Shown piece after piece: positions 39,501 through 48,633 of a stretch of 64,000 bases of DNA. A model generated the notes under the pieces. It saw only the letters and a list, made by a program, of their open reading frames with translations, made no database searches and had not been told where the DNA came from. Every line of letters starts with the position of its first letter. Position 1 is the first letter of the stretch. The stretch comes from Candidatus Poribacteria bacterium (GTDB lineage Bacteria; Poribacteria; WGA-4E; WGA-3G). The position numbers and the translations under genes are program-made. Location: NCBI GenBank assembly GCA_965237835.1, contig OZ250160.1, positions 2,675,397-2,739,396 on the forward strand, given 5' to 3'.

Positions 39501-40230
39501 CGGAATTCCAGAACGCCTCAACTGTTTGTCCAGACAGGTTGCGCCCACCGCCTCCGCTCCTATCTGAAGACACAATAATAGGTATGTCAACGCCTCGCTT
39601 TTCAGATAGGGATTGTATTGCAAAGAGAGCTGCCTTACAATTGAGCGTATCCATGACGGTTTCTATAAGGAGGAAATCCACACCGCCATCAATCAAGCCC
39701 TCTGCCTGCGTTGTATAGGCAGAAACAAGTTGAGCAAATGTGATGTTTCGGTAGCCAGGATCGTTTACGTTCGGTGAAATGGTACAACTACGATTGGTTG
39801 GCCCCATACTTCCCGCAACGAAACGAGGTTTGGTAGGGGATGACCATTCGTCTACTACCTCGCGAGCAATTTGTGCTGCAGCATAGTTTACCTGATAGGC
39901 TTCATCTTGAAGTTGGTAGTCTGCCATTGACACGGATGTGCTGGTAAAAGTATTCGTTTCAATGATGTCTGAACCAGCCATACAGTAATTTGTATGGATT
40001 TCACGAACAATATGAGGTTGGGTAATAGAGAGCAGGTCATTATATCCTTTGAGTTCAGCGGTATGATTGGCAAACTGGTCGCCACGGAAATCTTCTTCCG
40101 TGAGTCGATAAGTCTGCAAAAGTGAACCCATTGCACCATCAAGGACTAATATCCGTTGCTTTAGTTCATTTTTTAGAAGTGTAATCCGTTCAGACTCTGT
40201 CATATTTTTCTCTTGTTTTTTGATAGACAT
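36529..40230 (-). CDS. metH: Cobalamin-dependent methionine synthase MetH
   Basis: 1233 aa with all four modules. The Hcy-binding N-terminus ([10 protein letters not shown]) is present. The B12-binding [11 protein letters not shown] motif matches DxHxxG. The C-terminal AdoMet-activation domain is also present. The alternative start MTESER at 40203 aligns better with E. coli MetH. Confidence 0.9.
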   Translation of the reverse strand: MSIKKQEKNMTESERITLLKNELKQRILVLDGAMGSLLQTYRLTEEDFRGDQFANHTAELKGYNDLLSITQPHIVREIHTNYCMAGSDIIETNTFTSTSVSMADYQLQDEAYQVNYAAAQIAREVVDEWSSPTKPRFVAGSMGPTNRSCTISPNVNDPGYRNITFAQLVSAYTTQAEGLIDGGVDFLLIETVMDTLNCKAALFAIQSLSEKRGVDIPIIVSSDRSGGGGRNLSGQTVEAFWNSVRHANLLAVGLNCGFGAKQIRPYLAEMAKLAHIPIICYPNAGLPNELGHYTQTPTEMGEWINEFANNGFVNIVGGCCGSQPEHIKTIAKVAAEHSPRQPEPQEPACRLSGLEAFNITPDSLFVNVGERTNVTGSRRFATLIEKEDYETALEVARDQVENGAQLIDINMDAGMLDTKAAIVKFLNLIATEPDISRVPIMLDSSKWDVLEAGLECVQGKGVVNSISLKEGEEDFLEKARLIRKYGAAVIVMAFDEEGQADTYGRKVEICRRAYKLLTETVNFPAEDIIFDPNIFAAATGIAEHNAYAQAFIEACRGIKTSCQHALVSGGVSNISFAFRGNDTVREAMHAAFLYHAISAGMDMGIVNAGQLAVYDDLPKSLLEAVEDVLFNRREDATDRLVNIADTLQSKGKKRRVNKKWRKLPVEKRLSHALVEGIAKYIEADTEEARLKHERPIHVIEGPLMDGMNRVGELFGDGKMFLPQVVKSARVMKKAVAHLIPYIEEEQAEGAIQSRGKIVMATVKGDVHDIGKNIVGVVLGCNNYDIIDLGVMVAAENILETARKENADMIGLSGLITPSLDEMVHVAEEMERENFHVPLLIGGATTSKVHTAVQVEPAYSGPTIHVKDASRSVGVVSKLMSTENKQGFIEQTREEYADIRERRAKNKIQVNLLPFTAAQQRKFIPNWKKYLPPKPNMIGIKVFDDYPLSKLVDYIDWTPFFTTWEFKGKYPQILEHPEMGTEAQKLFADGKSLLQKIVKEKKLCARAVVGIFPANGLGEGTEIYADEERTKVIGMLHHLRQQTEQPFTRPNLSLGDFIAPKTTSLPDYIGAFAITTGIGVPELCAEFEQEHDDYNSIMTKALADRLAEAFAEHMHQYIRITLWGYAADEGLDNNALITEKYRGIRPAPGYPACPDHNQKRVLFDLLKATENTSISLTESLAMFPAASVSGWYYSHPEAKYFSIARIGEDQVADYSEHTGMDLDTAKRWLRPLLS

Positions 40231-40371
40231 GTATCAGAGGCGCATCGTGACTATTACCAATTTGCAATCTATATATTATACCACGAGCGACGTGATTTGT
40301 CCATTCCATATTAACATTAACAGAATCAACACCGGGAACATTAGAAACACAAAAATTAGGAGACAAAACTT

Positions 40372-40821
40372 ATGTCAAATACAAAAGAAGATTTTGTACA
40401 GAAACAAAATGCTGATATGTCCCTTCATGCCTACAAATACGCTGTCCATTTTGATATCCTTCCAGAAATTACATATCTCAATCAGAAGTTACCTATTATA
40501 ATTGCAGACCTATTACAACTATTTCATGGATTCCCCGATAATTTATGGATATCCCAACAATCAGTTGACGAAGGATTAGATTTTTGTCGTGTGATCTTCT
40601 GGGTTTTTTCGGAATCATCTGATGCACTCAAAACATTTGGTATCTGGTTTCAGGCAATATTTCGTGAAACCCAAATCACAGACACATTGGAAAGTCTCGT
40701 GACATGTTCATTAGAAGAACCAGATGCTATAGAGGTCGCGCTTACTGACTGGACAAGATTAAATACTTTAGAGGCAGATGTTCAGAAAGCAATCCAGACC
40801 GAGATTGAAAAGGGTATGTAA
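40372..40821 (+). CDS. Hypothetical protein (149 aa)
   Basis: ORF only. No recognisable motifs. Confidence 0.35.
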   Translation: MSNTKEDFVQKQNADMSLHAYKYAVHFDILPEITYLNQKLPIIIADLLQLFHGFPDNLWISQQSVDEGLDFCRVIFWVFSESSDALKTFGIWFQAIFRETQITDTLESLVTCSLEEPDAIEVALTDWTRLNTLEADVQKAIQTEIEKGM

Positions 40822-40984
40822 AATTTTTAGCAGAGATCGCCATCTCTTTTTGTAGGGACGGTCTCTATGCCCACCCATTGTTTCCGTAACCGCGACATGG
40901 TGTGGCATGCATTCAAAAAATTGATGCTAATGGTGCGGTTAGGAAACCGCACCATTAGCGTCAATTTAGTGCGTAACGTTAGTG

Positions 40985-41205
40985 CGTCTGATACACCTTT
41001 CGCCTCCCCGAGGCTTTGGTAAATCACATCTTAGCACCAGCGGTGCGACAGGTATATAGAAAACGGTGTCCAACAGTCTCTTGAACCCCAGCGGGGTGAC
41101 AGGTGTCTGACAACATGTGCCCATATACACCTTTCGCCCCGCTGGGGCTTGAGTTTGGTATGGATCGTGGTCTATACACATTCCGCCCCGCTGGGGCTAA
41201 GATAT
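40985..41205. repeat. Iteron-like cluster: 5 copies of about 25-bp motif TATACACCTTTCGCCCCGCTGGGGCT in alternating orientation, about 45-bp spacing
   Basis: Copies at about 40990 (+), 41035 (-), 41093 (-), 41135 (+) and 41177 (+). Family-1 palindromic elements flank the cluster at 40921-40972 and 41221-41270. The three minus-strand ORFs at 40827-41209 are likely artefacts. Confidence 0.7.
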
Positions 41206-41589
41206 CCAAATATAGGTTTATTTCCTTAAATTGACGCCTATGGTGCGGTTAGGAAACCGCACCTACCATAACCTACAAAACAATTATAGATTTCACTATA
41301 CGACCTAAACTTGCAGTTAAACTCATAAAATGAATATTCTTAAAACTAAATAACCCTGTTTATGTTAAAATAAACTTGCTACATTCAGAATGTTACTGTA
41401 TAATCATATATGGACTTACATTATATGATATTTAATTATTTATATTAAGTTCTGACATCAATATTAGTATATATAACGTAGGTTCAATATTTGATTCCGA
41501 GCGTCTGTCCAAAAGATAAAAAGAGTTGGGTTTCACTCATTGAATCTTTTTATCAAACTCACGTTTTAATGCAACAAGGCTAGAAAAAT

Positions 41590-41958
41590 ATGTCAGAATT
41601 CCACAAAAAACTACAAGACCTCCGCCAAAAAACCTTCCGCGCAGATGCCGCCGACCTTGACTTCGGTATCTACCGCATCATCAATTATCGGCGCGATCAA
41701 CTCCAAACGTTCCTAGACGAGGAACTCCCCGCCATCGTTGATAACATCCTTAACGCGCGTGCTGGGGTAGAAGCCGCACAACAAAAAGTTGAGGATATGA
41801 CACAAGAAATCCGCCAGACCCTTAGCGACAACGTCATAGATATATCCGGACACCTCATCAACCGTGCTTCGGACAAAAAACAGTCGTCATTATTTGGCGT
41901 GAAACCAAAGGATGGCAAAAAGAAGATTACGAACGCGATCATCAGTTCATTCCCGTAG
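41590..41958 (+). CDS. Hypothetical protein (122 aa)
   Basis: ORF only. Preceded by a solo family-4 TIR-like motif TATCAAACTCACGTT at 41551-41565. Confidence 0.35.
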   Translation: MSEFHKKLQDLRQKTFRADAADLDFGIYRIINYRRDQLQTFLDEELPAIVDNILNARAGVEAAQQKVEDMTQEIRQTLSDNVIDISGHLINRASDKKQSSLFGVKPKDGKKKITNAIISSFP

Positions 41959-42196
41959 AAAAGCAAGGATTTCCATCAAGGATATTTCTGCTGATTTTTA
42001 ATCCCAAATCAACGCCACGATTCGTGATCGTAGCGGGGCGATATGTTATAGCATCGGGTTGTTATCAGGGTATACCGCACCCGACAAATGACACACTAAA
42101 TTGACACCTATGGATGATGCAGTTGGAACCCAACTGCATCAACTACCGAAGACGAAATTCCTTTCTAAACAACCTGACGTGATATAGGAGTTTATT

Positions 42197-43609
42197 ATGA
42201 GTCGACGTATTCTCAGAAGGTACTATGCACAAGAACGGAAGAAGCGCGCGCTCTTTTTTTCATTATGCCTGCATGGTATCGCTGCCCTCGTCTTTGCAAT
42301 CTTTTTCCTCAAGGGTTTATCCATGGAGATAGAAGATAATTTCGCTGTAGAGCTTATCTATAAAACAGAAACACATCGGCAGCCGGTCATCAAAAAGAAA
42401 AAGATTGAAATACCGCCCACACCCACCGTTAAGACACCAACAACCTTTATTGCTGCCGATCTTAGTAGTCAACGTGAAGCAGTTGCACCTGTAGGTCCCA
42501 TAATGGATCGGAGTGCACCCGCGCTTTTAAACACACCCTCTGAAGACATACCGGATTATAAGCAATTAGCACCCTCCCCTGCCACAATACTGGATGTAAA
42601 ATCGTCTTTGACACCATACCCAAGTGGCACCACAACGGGTAGCGGAACCGGCCCTGGCAAAAAAGATGGTACGGGGACAGGCGCAGTGGGGGTGCCTAAA
42701 GGAAAAGGTACGGGCAGTGGCGGGCTAGGTGGCGCAGCAAAAGCAGGCAACACCGGACAAGATGCTGCGACAAGTGTCCCCGAAACACTGATTACAAGTT
42801 ACGCAGATGAAATCGGAAACAAGCTCGGCAGCGTTATTGATGAATCCGATGGCGTGGTGCGCGGGCATATCCGATTAATACGTCTAAAACATGCAATGAG
42901 CGACTGGTGGCAAGACCCAACAGCTATACCCTCACTGTTGGAATGGATACGCAAGCACAACCCCTCACTGACCGCTGACATGAGTTACGCTGGCGGCGCA
43001 TTACCGTTAACAGACGCACGTATCATGGATGCACCGTTGCTGATTATGACAGGACACGACCAAGCCATGAGTGTCAGCTATTCAAAGTTAAAAGACAGAA
43101 ACACCCAAGCCACTTCGTTCAGCGAGGCGGAACGGGCAGCCCTCCGGAAATATATCCTTGAACATAACGGCATGTTGTTTTTTGATTACTGCGGGAGTGG
43201 CAGCAACGAAAAGTCATTTGCAAACATTGTTGAAAACGAGTTACGCCAAGTGTTTCCTGAATACCCACTCACGACACTTGATAATCTCCGACTTGATATA
43301 TTTCGGTGTTATTTCGAACTCACGAAAACACCTGTCGGGGGTTCAGTGTTCTGGGGTACCGGCTATAAAGGCGGAAATCACAAGTGGCGACACCTTAAAG
43401 GTATCTTTGTGCCAGGAAAGCACGGCAAAGATCGTCTCGGTGTTATCTTTTGTCACTTAGATTATCTATGCAGCATGGAAACCGTAGATATAGATAGCCG
43501 CGCACCGCTTGCATCACGCCGATCGTCAGATGTTTACCGTTTTATGGTAAACATGTTTATTTATCAAATGCGACAGCGTGCAGAAATGCGACAGCTTACA
43601 GAGAAGTAG
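42197..43609 (+). CDS. N-terminally membrane-anchored protein with Pro/Thr- and Gly-rich linker and C-terminal DUF4159-like (glutamine amidotransferase-like fold) domain
   Basis: Transmembrane segment ALFFSLCLHGIAALVFAIFFL. Linker TGSGTGPGKKDGTGTGAVGVPKGKGTGSGGLGG. The C-terminus LLIMTGHDQAMSVSYS...ALRKYILEHNGMLFFDYCGSG resembles DUF4159. Confidence 0.5.
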   Translation: MSRRILRRYYAQERKKRALFFSLCLHGIAALVFAIFFLKGLSMEIEDNFAVELIYKTETHRQPVIKKKKIEIPPTPTVKTPTTFIAADLSSQREAVAPVGPIMDRSAPALLNTPSEDIPDYKQLAPSPATILDVKSSLTPYPSGTTTGSGTGPGKKDGTGTGAVGVPKGKGTGSGGLGGAAKAGNTGQDAATSVPETLITSYADEIGNKLGSVIDESDGVVRGHIRLIRLKHAMSDWWQDPTAIPSLLEWIRKHNPSLTADMSYAGGALPLTDARIMDAPLLIMTGHDQAMSVSYSKLKDRNTQATSFSEAERAALRKYILEHNGMLFFDYCGSGSNEKSFANIVENELRQVFPEYPLTTLDNLRLDIFRCYFELTKTPVGGSVFWGTGYKGGNHKWRHLKGIFVPGKHGKDRLGVIFCHLDYLCSMETVDIDSRAPLASRRSSDVYRFMVNMFIYQMRQRAEMRQLTEK

Positions 43610-44028
43610 TATTACAGAAATCCGCCCTAAGGGCATTAACGTTGATTTGCGGGGCGGATCTTGATACAACCTATATCATATTGTTGAGGTTTTGAAAGCA
43701 AGATTTTCAAGGAGACGTTTACTTAAACAGAAAAGCGTTTGTAGTCTTGCAATTCATTGCACCTCGGACATTGTGTAGGAGCGATCTCTGAATCGCGACC
43801 GTTCGTAGTCTTGCAATTCATTGCGCCTCGGACATTATAGGACGGTTTTCAAGCCCGATAGACAGTCAATCCAAATCAACGCTGCTATCAACATTCTTAT
43901 GGCGAGCTTAGTTTCCGCCACTGTGGAGCAGACGTAAGACCAAATTAACGGGATTTGTCCTATTTTCCGGACGGTAGGTGCGGTTTCCTAACCGCACCGA
44001 TAGATTGGAATCAAGTTAATTTGGTATA

Positions 44029-44125
44029 ATACCCAATTAACGGGATTTGTAGCGCGAGGTCCCCGGGTCCTCCTCGCAATGCTAACCGCTATTAGAAAAC
44101 TTCTAATCAAGTTAATTTGGTATTA
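44029..44125. mobile_element. MITE-like element (family 2), opposite orientation, with an extra solo copy of its 20-bp terminus immediately to the left (44009-44028)
   Basis: The 20-mer AATCAAGTTAATTTGGTATA occurs at 44009-44028 and again at 44105-44124 as the element's own right end. The internal hairpin is GCGAGGTCCCCGGGTCCTCCTCGC. A family-1 hairpin lies at 43971-44000. Confidence 0.7.
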
Positions 44126-44278
44126 CATACCTTTTACTTGAAAAAAGATGTATATTCTGTTAAAATCATAAAAAGTATGTAAAACTTACTTTTCCAAACT
44201 TTAAAAACGGTTAAGGAATGCTTTAATCTATATCCCGCATGATCCGTGTTCCTGCCCTGATATACAACGGAGAAAATT

Positions 44279-45163
44279 ATGGATACTCTTAACGATTTCA
44301 GCTTCAAGCAAAAAAAATATATCCCTATCTTTCCAAAAGCGAGTGGAAAACCGACCATTTACATTGAAGGTTATCCGTTTGAGGACGACGAACCTATGGC
44401 AGCAACCGAATTTCACGGTGAACAGATCAACATTTTTTACGACCAATTCTCACGCTATTTTGCAATTGATGAACACATTCACATCGGTATTGACAACTTT
44501 ATTTATTATCGCGAAGGTGACATTACCAAGTTTGTTGCCCCTGATGTTTACGTTGTGTTTGGTGTTGATAAATATCCACTGCGTCGCAGTTTTTATACGT
44601 GGTCAGAAGGTGCGGTACCTGTTGCTGTTTTTGAATTTCTATCCGATGCGACAGCGAATCAGGATCGGCATGAAAAAGTCGGCGTGTATCTGACTGATAT
44701 AGGTGTTCAAGAATACTTTATTCATCAACCTGAAATGAAAAAACCTGCGGAATTTCGTGGCTGGCAGCGAAGCCCTTCTGGTAACATTATTGAGATTGTG
44801 CCGGATGCGCGGGGTGGTATGTTTAGCGAAGCGTTAAATCTCTGGTTTCGGTGGGAGGACGATCAAACGACGCACGTTAGGTTATTACGGCCGTCCCTGC
44901 CTGATGGCACTCCCATAACAACTTCTATGGAAGAAGAACATCTACGAAAGCAAGAACAACAACTGCGAGAGCAAGAACAACATCTACGAGAGCAAGAACA
45001 ACAACTGCGAGAGGCGGCAGAAGTGATGGCAGCAGAAGAAACTGTGAGGCGGCAGGAAGCAGAAGCACTTGCCAAACAGGAAGTTGAGCGGCGACAGGAG
45101 TTAGAAGTTGAATTAGAACGACTCCGGACACAAATCGCTAACCGCGAAAATGGAACCCCTTGA
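44279..45163 (+). CDS. Uma2-family (DUF820) putative restriction-endonuclease-like protein with C-terminal coiled-coil tail
   Basis: The PD-(D/E)XK-like Uma2 core ...IDEHIHIGIDNFIYY...VAPDVYVVFGV...EFLSD is present. The C-terminus is EQQLREQEQHLREQEQQLRE heptad-like. Confidence 0.75.
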   Translation: MDTLNDFSFKQKKYIPIFPKASGKPTIYIEGYPFEDDEPMAATEFHGEQINIFYDQFSRYFAIDEHIHIGIDNFIYYREGDITKFVAPDVYVVFGVDKYPLRRSFYTWSEGAVPVAVFEFLSDATANQDRHEKVGVYLTDIGVQEYFIHQPEMKKPAEFRGWQRSPSGNIIEIVPDARGGMFSEALNLWFRWEDDQTTHVRLLRPSLPDGTPITTSMEEEHLRKQEQQLREQEQHLREQEQQLREAAEVMAAEETVRRQEAEALAKQEVERRQELEVELERLRTQIANRENGTP

Positions 45164-45344
45164 CATATCCGAGACATAACCATAGGTACACGGCACACCA
45201 GAGAAATTGCAAAGATCCGTAAATCTTTTACCGGGCGGTTTTTGAAGGAGCATCTTGCGTAATGGAAATTCGTTAATTCAAGGTTGGGAAAATGTCTGCT
45301 TTTTATTCAGAGTAGAAACCACGGGCGTTTTTAAAGGCAAAAAT

Positions 45345-45725
45345 ATGAAAAATGTACTGATTATCACCTTATTGATAGTCTCGATTCTGTTTACTCTAAG
45401 CGGATTTGCACAAGACTACATGAAATGGGGAATCCCTGAAAACGCCACACTTCGTCTTGGAAAAGGAAGAATATACGACCTAAAGCATTCACCAAATGGT
45501 AACCTGATAGCAGTGGCAAGTTCTATCGGAGTCTGGATATATAATGCTCATTCTGGCAAAGAAATTAGGGTGCTTCAAAAGCACACCGATTGGGTTAGTT
45601 CATTAGCGTTCTCACCCAACGGCAAAATTCTTGCAAGTGGGAGTCAAGACGGTACGATTTTGATTTGGGACTTATACCCAATTAACGGGATTGTAGTGCG
45701 AGGTCCCCGTGCCTTGCAATGCTGA
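45345..45725 (+). pseudogene. WD40-repeat gene truncated by MITE insertion (signal peptide + about 2 WD repeats remain)
   Basis: The ORF is MKNVLIITLLIVSILFTLSGFAQ...LAFSPNGKILASGSQDGTILIWDL. It then runs into the family-2 MITE, which begins at 45674. The last 16 codons and the stop are MITE-encoded, and no WD40 continuation exists downstream. Confidence 0.6.
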
Positions 45726-45765
45726 CTTTATCGGAAAACTTCGAATCAAGTTAATTTGGTATAAA
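45674..45765. mobile_element. MITE-like element (family 2) inserted into the WD40 gene
   Basis: TATACCCAATTAACGGGATTGTAGTGCGAGGTCCCCGTGCCTTGCAATGCTGAC...AATCAAGTTAATTTGGTATAAA. Confidence 0.8.
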
Positions 45766-45877
45766 ACCTTTGAAAGAAGGCGAACTGCGACGAAGCACAG
45801 GTTTCCCAACCCTCTGGGTTTGGGTACTATGACACTACCATGGCTGTGGTTTTCTCAACTTTTAGTTGATTTTTTAG

Positions 45878-45999
45878 CAGGGCTATTTAGTTCTCCGAAT
45901 ATTTAGATTTTCAATCTAAGACTTTCCCCTGTAGGAGCGATCTCCGAATCGCGACTTTTCGGATAAAATGGACAAAAAACCTAAAACTAAATAACCCTG
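45878..45999. mobile_element. MITE-like element (family 3), 122 bp, with 15-bp terminal inverted repeats CAGGGCTATTTAGTT / AACTAAATAACCCTG
   Basis: A second 122-bp copy at 54035-54156 has an inverted interior. Both share the core GTAGGAGCGATCTCCGAATCGCGAC. Partial cores lie at 43780-43805 and 41341-41357. Confidence 0.8.
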
Positions 46000-46090
46000 A
46001 TTTTTTAGTTTCTGACTTGACGCTTCCCATAAATTCTGTTATATTAAAAAATAACCAATTTGTCGGACTAAGGAATCAAATACTCAACCA

Positions 46091-47074
46091 ATGCGCAAAA
46101 CTCACTCTAAAAAACTGATCGTCGGCACTCTGGTAGCCGAACCCGGTACACAGGTAGAAGGACGTTTATCTGTTGGCTCTTTGCCAGATGGCACCCCGAT
46201 TCGTGTCCCTATTGTTCTCATCAATGGTAAACAACCGGGAAAAACCCTCTATCTCCAAGCTATTAGCGATGGAAATGAACTGAATGGTATCGCTGTTATC
46301 CACGAAATCTTACGCCAGATTGATCCCGCAGAATTAAGCGGTAAACTCATTGTAGTACCGGTTGTCAACGTCCACGCCTTTCACGCGAAGCAAGCATATA
46401 GCCCTGTTGACAACGTCAAAATGAATCGCTGTTTTCCCGGGCGCGCAGAAGGCACATCAAGTGAACGTATCGCGTATCAGTTGTTTGAAAAAGCAATCCG
46501 AAACGTTGACTATTGTATTGACTTGCATCAGGGAGGCGTTCAACCGATGATTGATGAGGTGCGCGTGCGTGTTGGAGAGAAACACCAATGTCATAGTGCT
46601 TGTCTTGCGTTAGCGAGCACCTTCGGTATAGGTTATATTCTCGACCAAAGGGGACCGAAGGGACAACTCGCCCAAGCTGCACCAGATATCGGAATACCGA
46701 CAATTGACCCAGAACTCGGTGGAACACATGGATGGGACGCTATCAGTATCAGCAAAGGTGTCCGAGGTGTGTTAAACGTACTTAAACAGTATCAATTTAT
46801 TGATGGAACACCTGAAATTCCTGAACAGCAGATCGTTGTCCATCGGTTTGTGTCTATCCTCAGCAATAAAGGTGGATTTGTCTACTACAAAGCGAAATTA
46901 TACGACCAACTTGAGGCACAGCAACCGATAGCTGAAATCTGTGATGTATTCGGACATGTATCCGAAGTTGTTCGTGCGCCAATGGAAGGGATATTTTGGT
47001 CACATCCAGTCTATCCAACGGTCGCAAGCGGTGGTATTATCGGTAAGATAGGAACTCCTATCAGTTACCTGTGA
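46091..47074 (+). CDS. Succinylglutamate desuccinylase / aspartoacylase (AstE/AspA) family zinc deacylase
   Basis: Family pattern QAISDGNELNG (HGNE-like) ... CIDLHQGG and the overall size fit. Confidence 0.7.
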   Translation: MRKTHSKKLIVGTLVAEPGTQVEGRLSVGSLPDGTPIRVPIVLINGKQPGKTLYLQAISDGNELNGIAVIHEILRQIDPAELSGKLIVVPVVNVHAFHAKQAYSPVDNVKMNRCFPGRAEGTSSERIAYQLFEKAIRNVDYCIDLHQGGVQPMIDEVRVRVGEKHQCHSACLALASTFGIGYILDQRGPKGQLAQAAPDIGIPTIDPELGGTHGWDAISISKGVRGVLNVLKQYQFIDGTPEIPEQQIVVHRFVSILSNKGGFVYYKAKLYDQLEAQQPIAEICDVFGHVSEVVRAPMEGIFWSHPVYPTVASGGIIGKIGTPISYL

Positions 47075-47143
47075 AGTTTTAAATTGAAAATTGGACTTAC
47101 AAAGTCCGCCTACAAGAATTGGTATCGCCTTTAGGAAAATGGT

Positions 47144-48454
47144 ATGCATAAAAGTAATCGTAAGAAATTTATAGAACAGATGGGTTCCGGTAGTGTTGCA
47201 ATCTTTGCCAATGCTCCGGCTGCAATGCGGAACCACGACACGGAACATATTTATAACCCCGATCCGAATTTTTATTATCTCACAGGTTTTGAAGAATCGG
47301 AATCAATTTGTGTCATCGCACCTGACCATCCAAAATATCAATATATTTTGTTTGTGCTTCCCAAAGATGAAAAAGCCGAAACATGGCACGGCAAACGGGT
47401 CGGTGTAAAGGATGCTTGCAAGCACTACGGCGCAGACAAAGCATATCCAATAGACAAGTTTGAAAAAAAGATAGGAAAATACTTAAAAAAGGCTGAACGG
47501 CTGTATTACACGCTCGGATCCGATGTTCACGTTGATGCTGAAATCCTCACCTGTTTTAAACGCGGTGTTAGATCTCGTATTAGCGCTGGAAAGGGAATTC
47601 ATACATTTGTTGATCCGAGTCCAATTCTCAGTGAAATGCGGTTAATCAAAAATGAGACTGAACTGCATCGTATAAGGCAGGCGGCAGATATTACAGTGGA
47701 CGGTCATATTGCAGCGATGGTGGCAGCGCGTCCTGGGGTGTACGAGTACGAATTAGAGGCGATTGTAGATGCAACCTTCCGTAGCAGTGGCGCGAATGGC
47801 AACGCTTTCCCAACTATTGTCGCAAGTGGCGGAAACGCAACTACGCTCCACTATACAACTAACAACAGTCAGATAAAAGATAACACGCTTGTTCTTATTG
47901 ATGCAGGTGCAGAATATGAACGCTACTGCGGAGACGTAACCCGAACTTTTCCTGTCAACGGCACCTTTACCGATGCACAAAGAGAGATATATCAACTTGT
48001 TCTTGATGCACAATATGCAATTATTGACACTATCCGCCCCGGTGTCTCTATTGACGAACCGCATAAAAAATCGATTGAGTTGTTAACAGAAGGGATGCTT
48101 AGTCTCGGTCTTTTAAAGGGCAAACCGAAAAAATTGATAAAGAAGGAGGCATATAAGCAGTTTTATATGTATCGAGTCGGTCACATGATCGGTTTGGATG
48201 TGCATGATGTCAATTGTGTTCGTGACACAGAGGGTGAGTTCAAAACATTTGAACCCGGGATGGTAATCACAATTGAACCTGGTCTCTATGTTGCGGAAGG
48301 CACGAAAAAAGTTCCTACCGATTATCTTGGCATCGGCATTCGCATTGAGGATGATATTCTCGTCACGGAGTCCGGTTGTGAAGTACTAACTGATACTGTC
48401 CCGAAGGAAATTGATGCAATTGAGGAACTGATGAAACAAGGAAAGGGGCAGTAA
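47144..48454 (+). CDS. pepP: Xaa-Pro aminopeptidase (M24B, PepP)
   Basis: The N-terminal creatinase-like domain is present. The M24 metal ligands are in conserved context: DAGAEYERYCGDVTRTF, HMIGLDVHD and ITIEPG. Confidence 0.85.
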   Translation: MHKSNRKKFIEQMGSGSVAIFANAPAAMRNHDTEHIYNPDPNFYYLTGFEESESICVIAPDHPKYQYILFVLPKDEKAETWHGKRVGVKDACKHYGADKAYPIDKFEKKIGKYLKKAERLYYTLGSDVHVDAEILTCFKRGVRSRISAGKGIHTFVDPSPILSEMRLIKNETELHRIRQAADITVDGHIAAMVAARPGVYEYELEAIVDATFRSSGANGNAFPTIVASGGNATTLHYTTNNSQIKDNTLVLIDAGAEYERYCGDVTRTFPVNGTFTDAQREIYQLVLDAQYAIIDTIRPGVSIDEPHKKSIELLTEGMLSLGLLKGKPKKLIKKEAYKQFYMYRVGHMIGLDVHDVNCVRDTEGEFKTFEPGMVITIEPGLYVAEGTKKVPTDYLGIGIRIEDDILVTESGCEVLTDTVPKEIDAIEELMKQGKGQ

Positions 48455-48480
48455 AGCAAAATATAGTCAAATTTATCGAA

Positions 48481-48633
48481 CTACCGAAATCTTATAACCG
48501 TTCCACGGCCGCCCCGCACACTGGAAGTTTTAATATTAATCTCGACGTTGTACTCATTAGCAAGCCGCTGAATTAATGCTATGAGAAAATCTTCATGGGC
48601 AACATCTTCAACAAATAGATTGATATTACGCAT
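48481..48633 (-). CDS. Truncated TOPRIM-like (DUF4276/DUF4435-type) partner of the upstream AAA ATPase, 50 aa
   Basis: MRNINLFVEDVAHEDFLIALIQRLANEY fits the hhhVEG/D..E..Fh..hh N-terminal pattern of TOPRIM-like partner proteins. Its ATG overlaps the ATPase stop (ATGCGTAA). The ORF stops after 50 aa, only 27 nt from the convergent pepP stop. The track's longer 67-aa version, starting at 48684, lies inside the ATPase gene. Confidence 0.35.
   Translation of the reverse strand: MRNINLFVEDVAHEDFLIALIQRLANEYNVEINIKTSSVRGGRGTVIRFR

Noticed and set aside
40827-41209. Three overlapping minus-strand ORFs (66, 71, 61 aa)
   Set aside because: They lie entirely within the iteron-like repeat cluster and the family-1 elements. 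They are repeat-derived, with no Shine-Dalgarno or coding periodicity.
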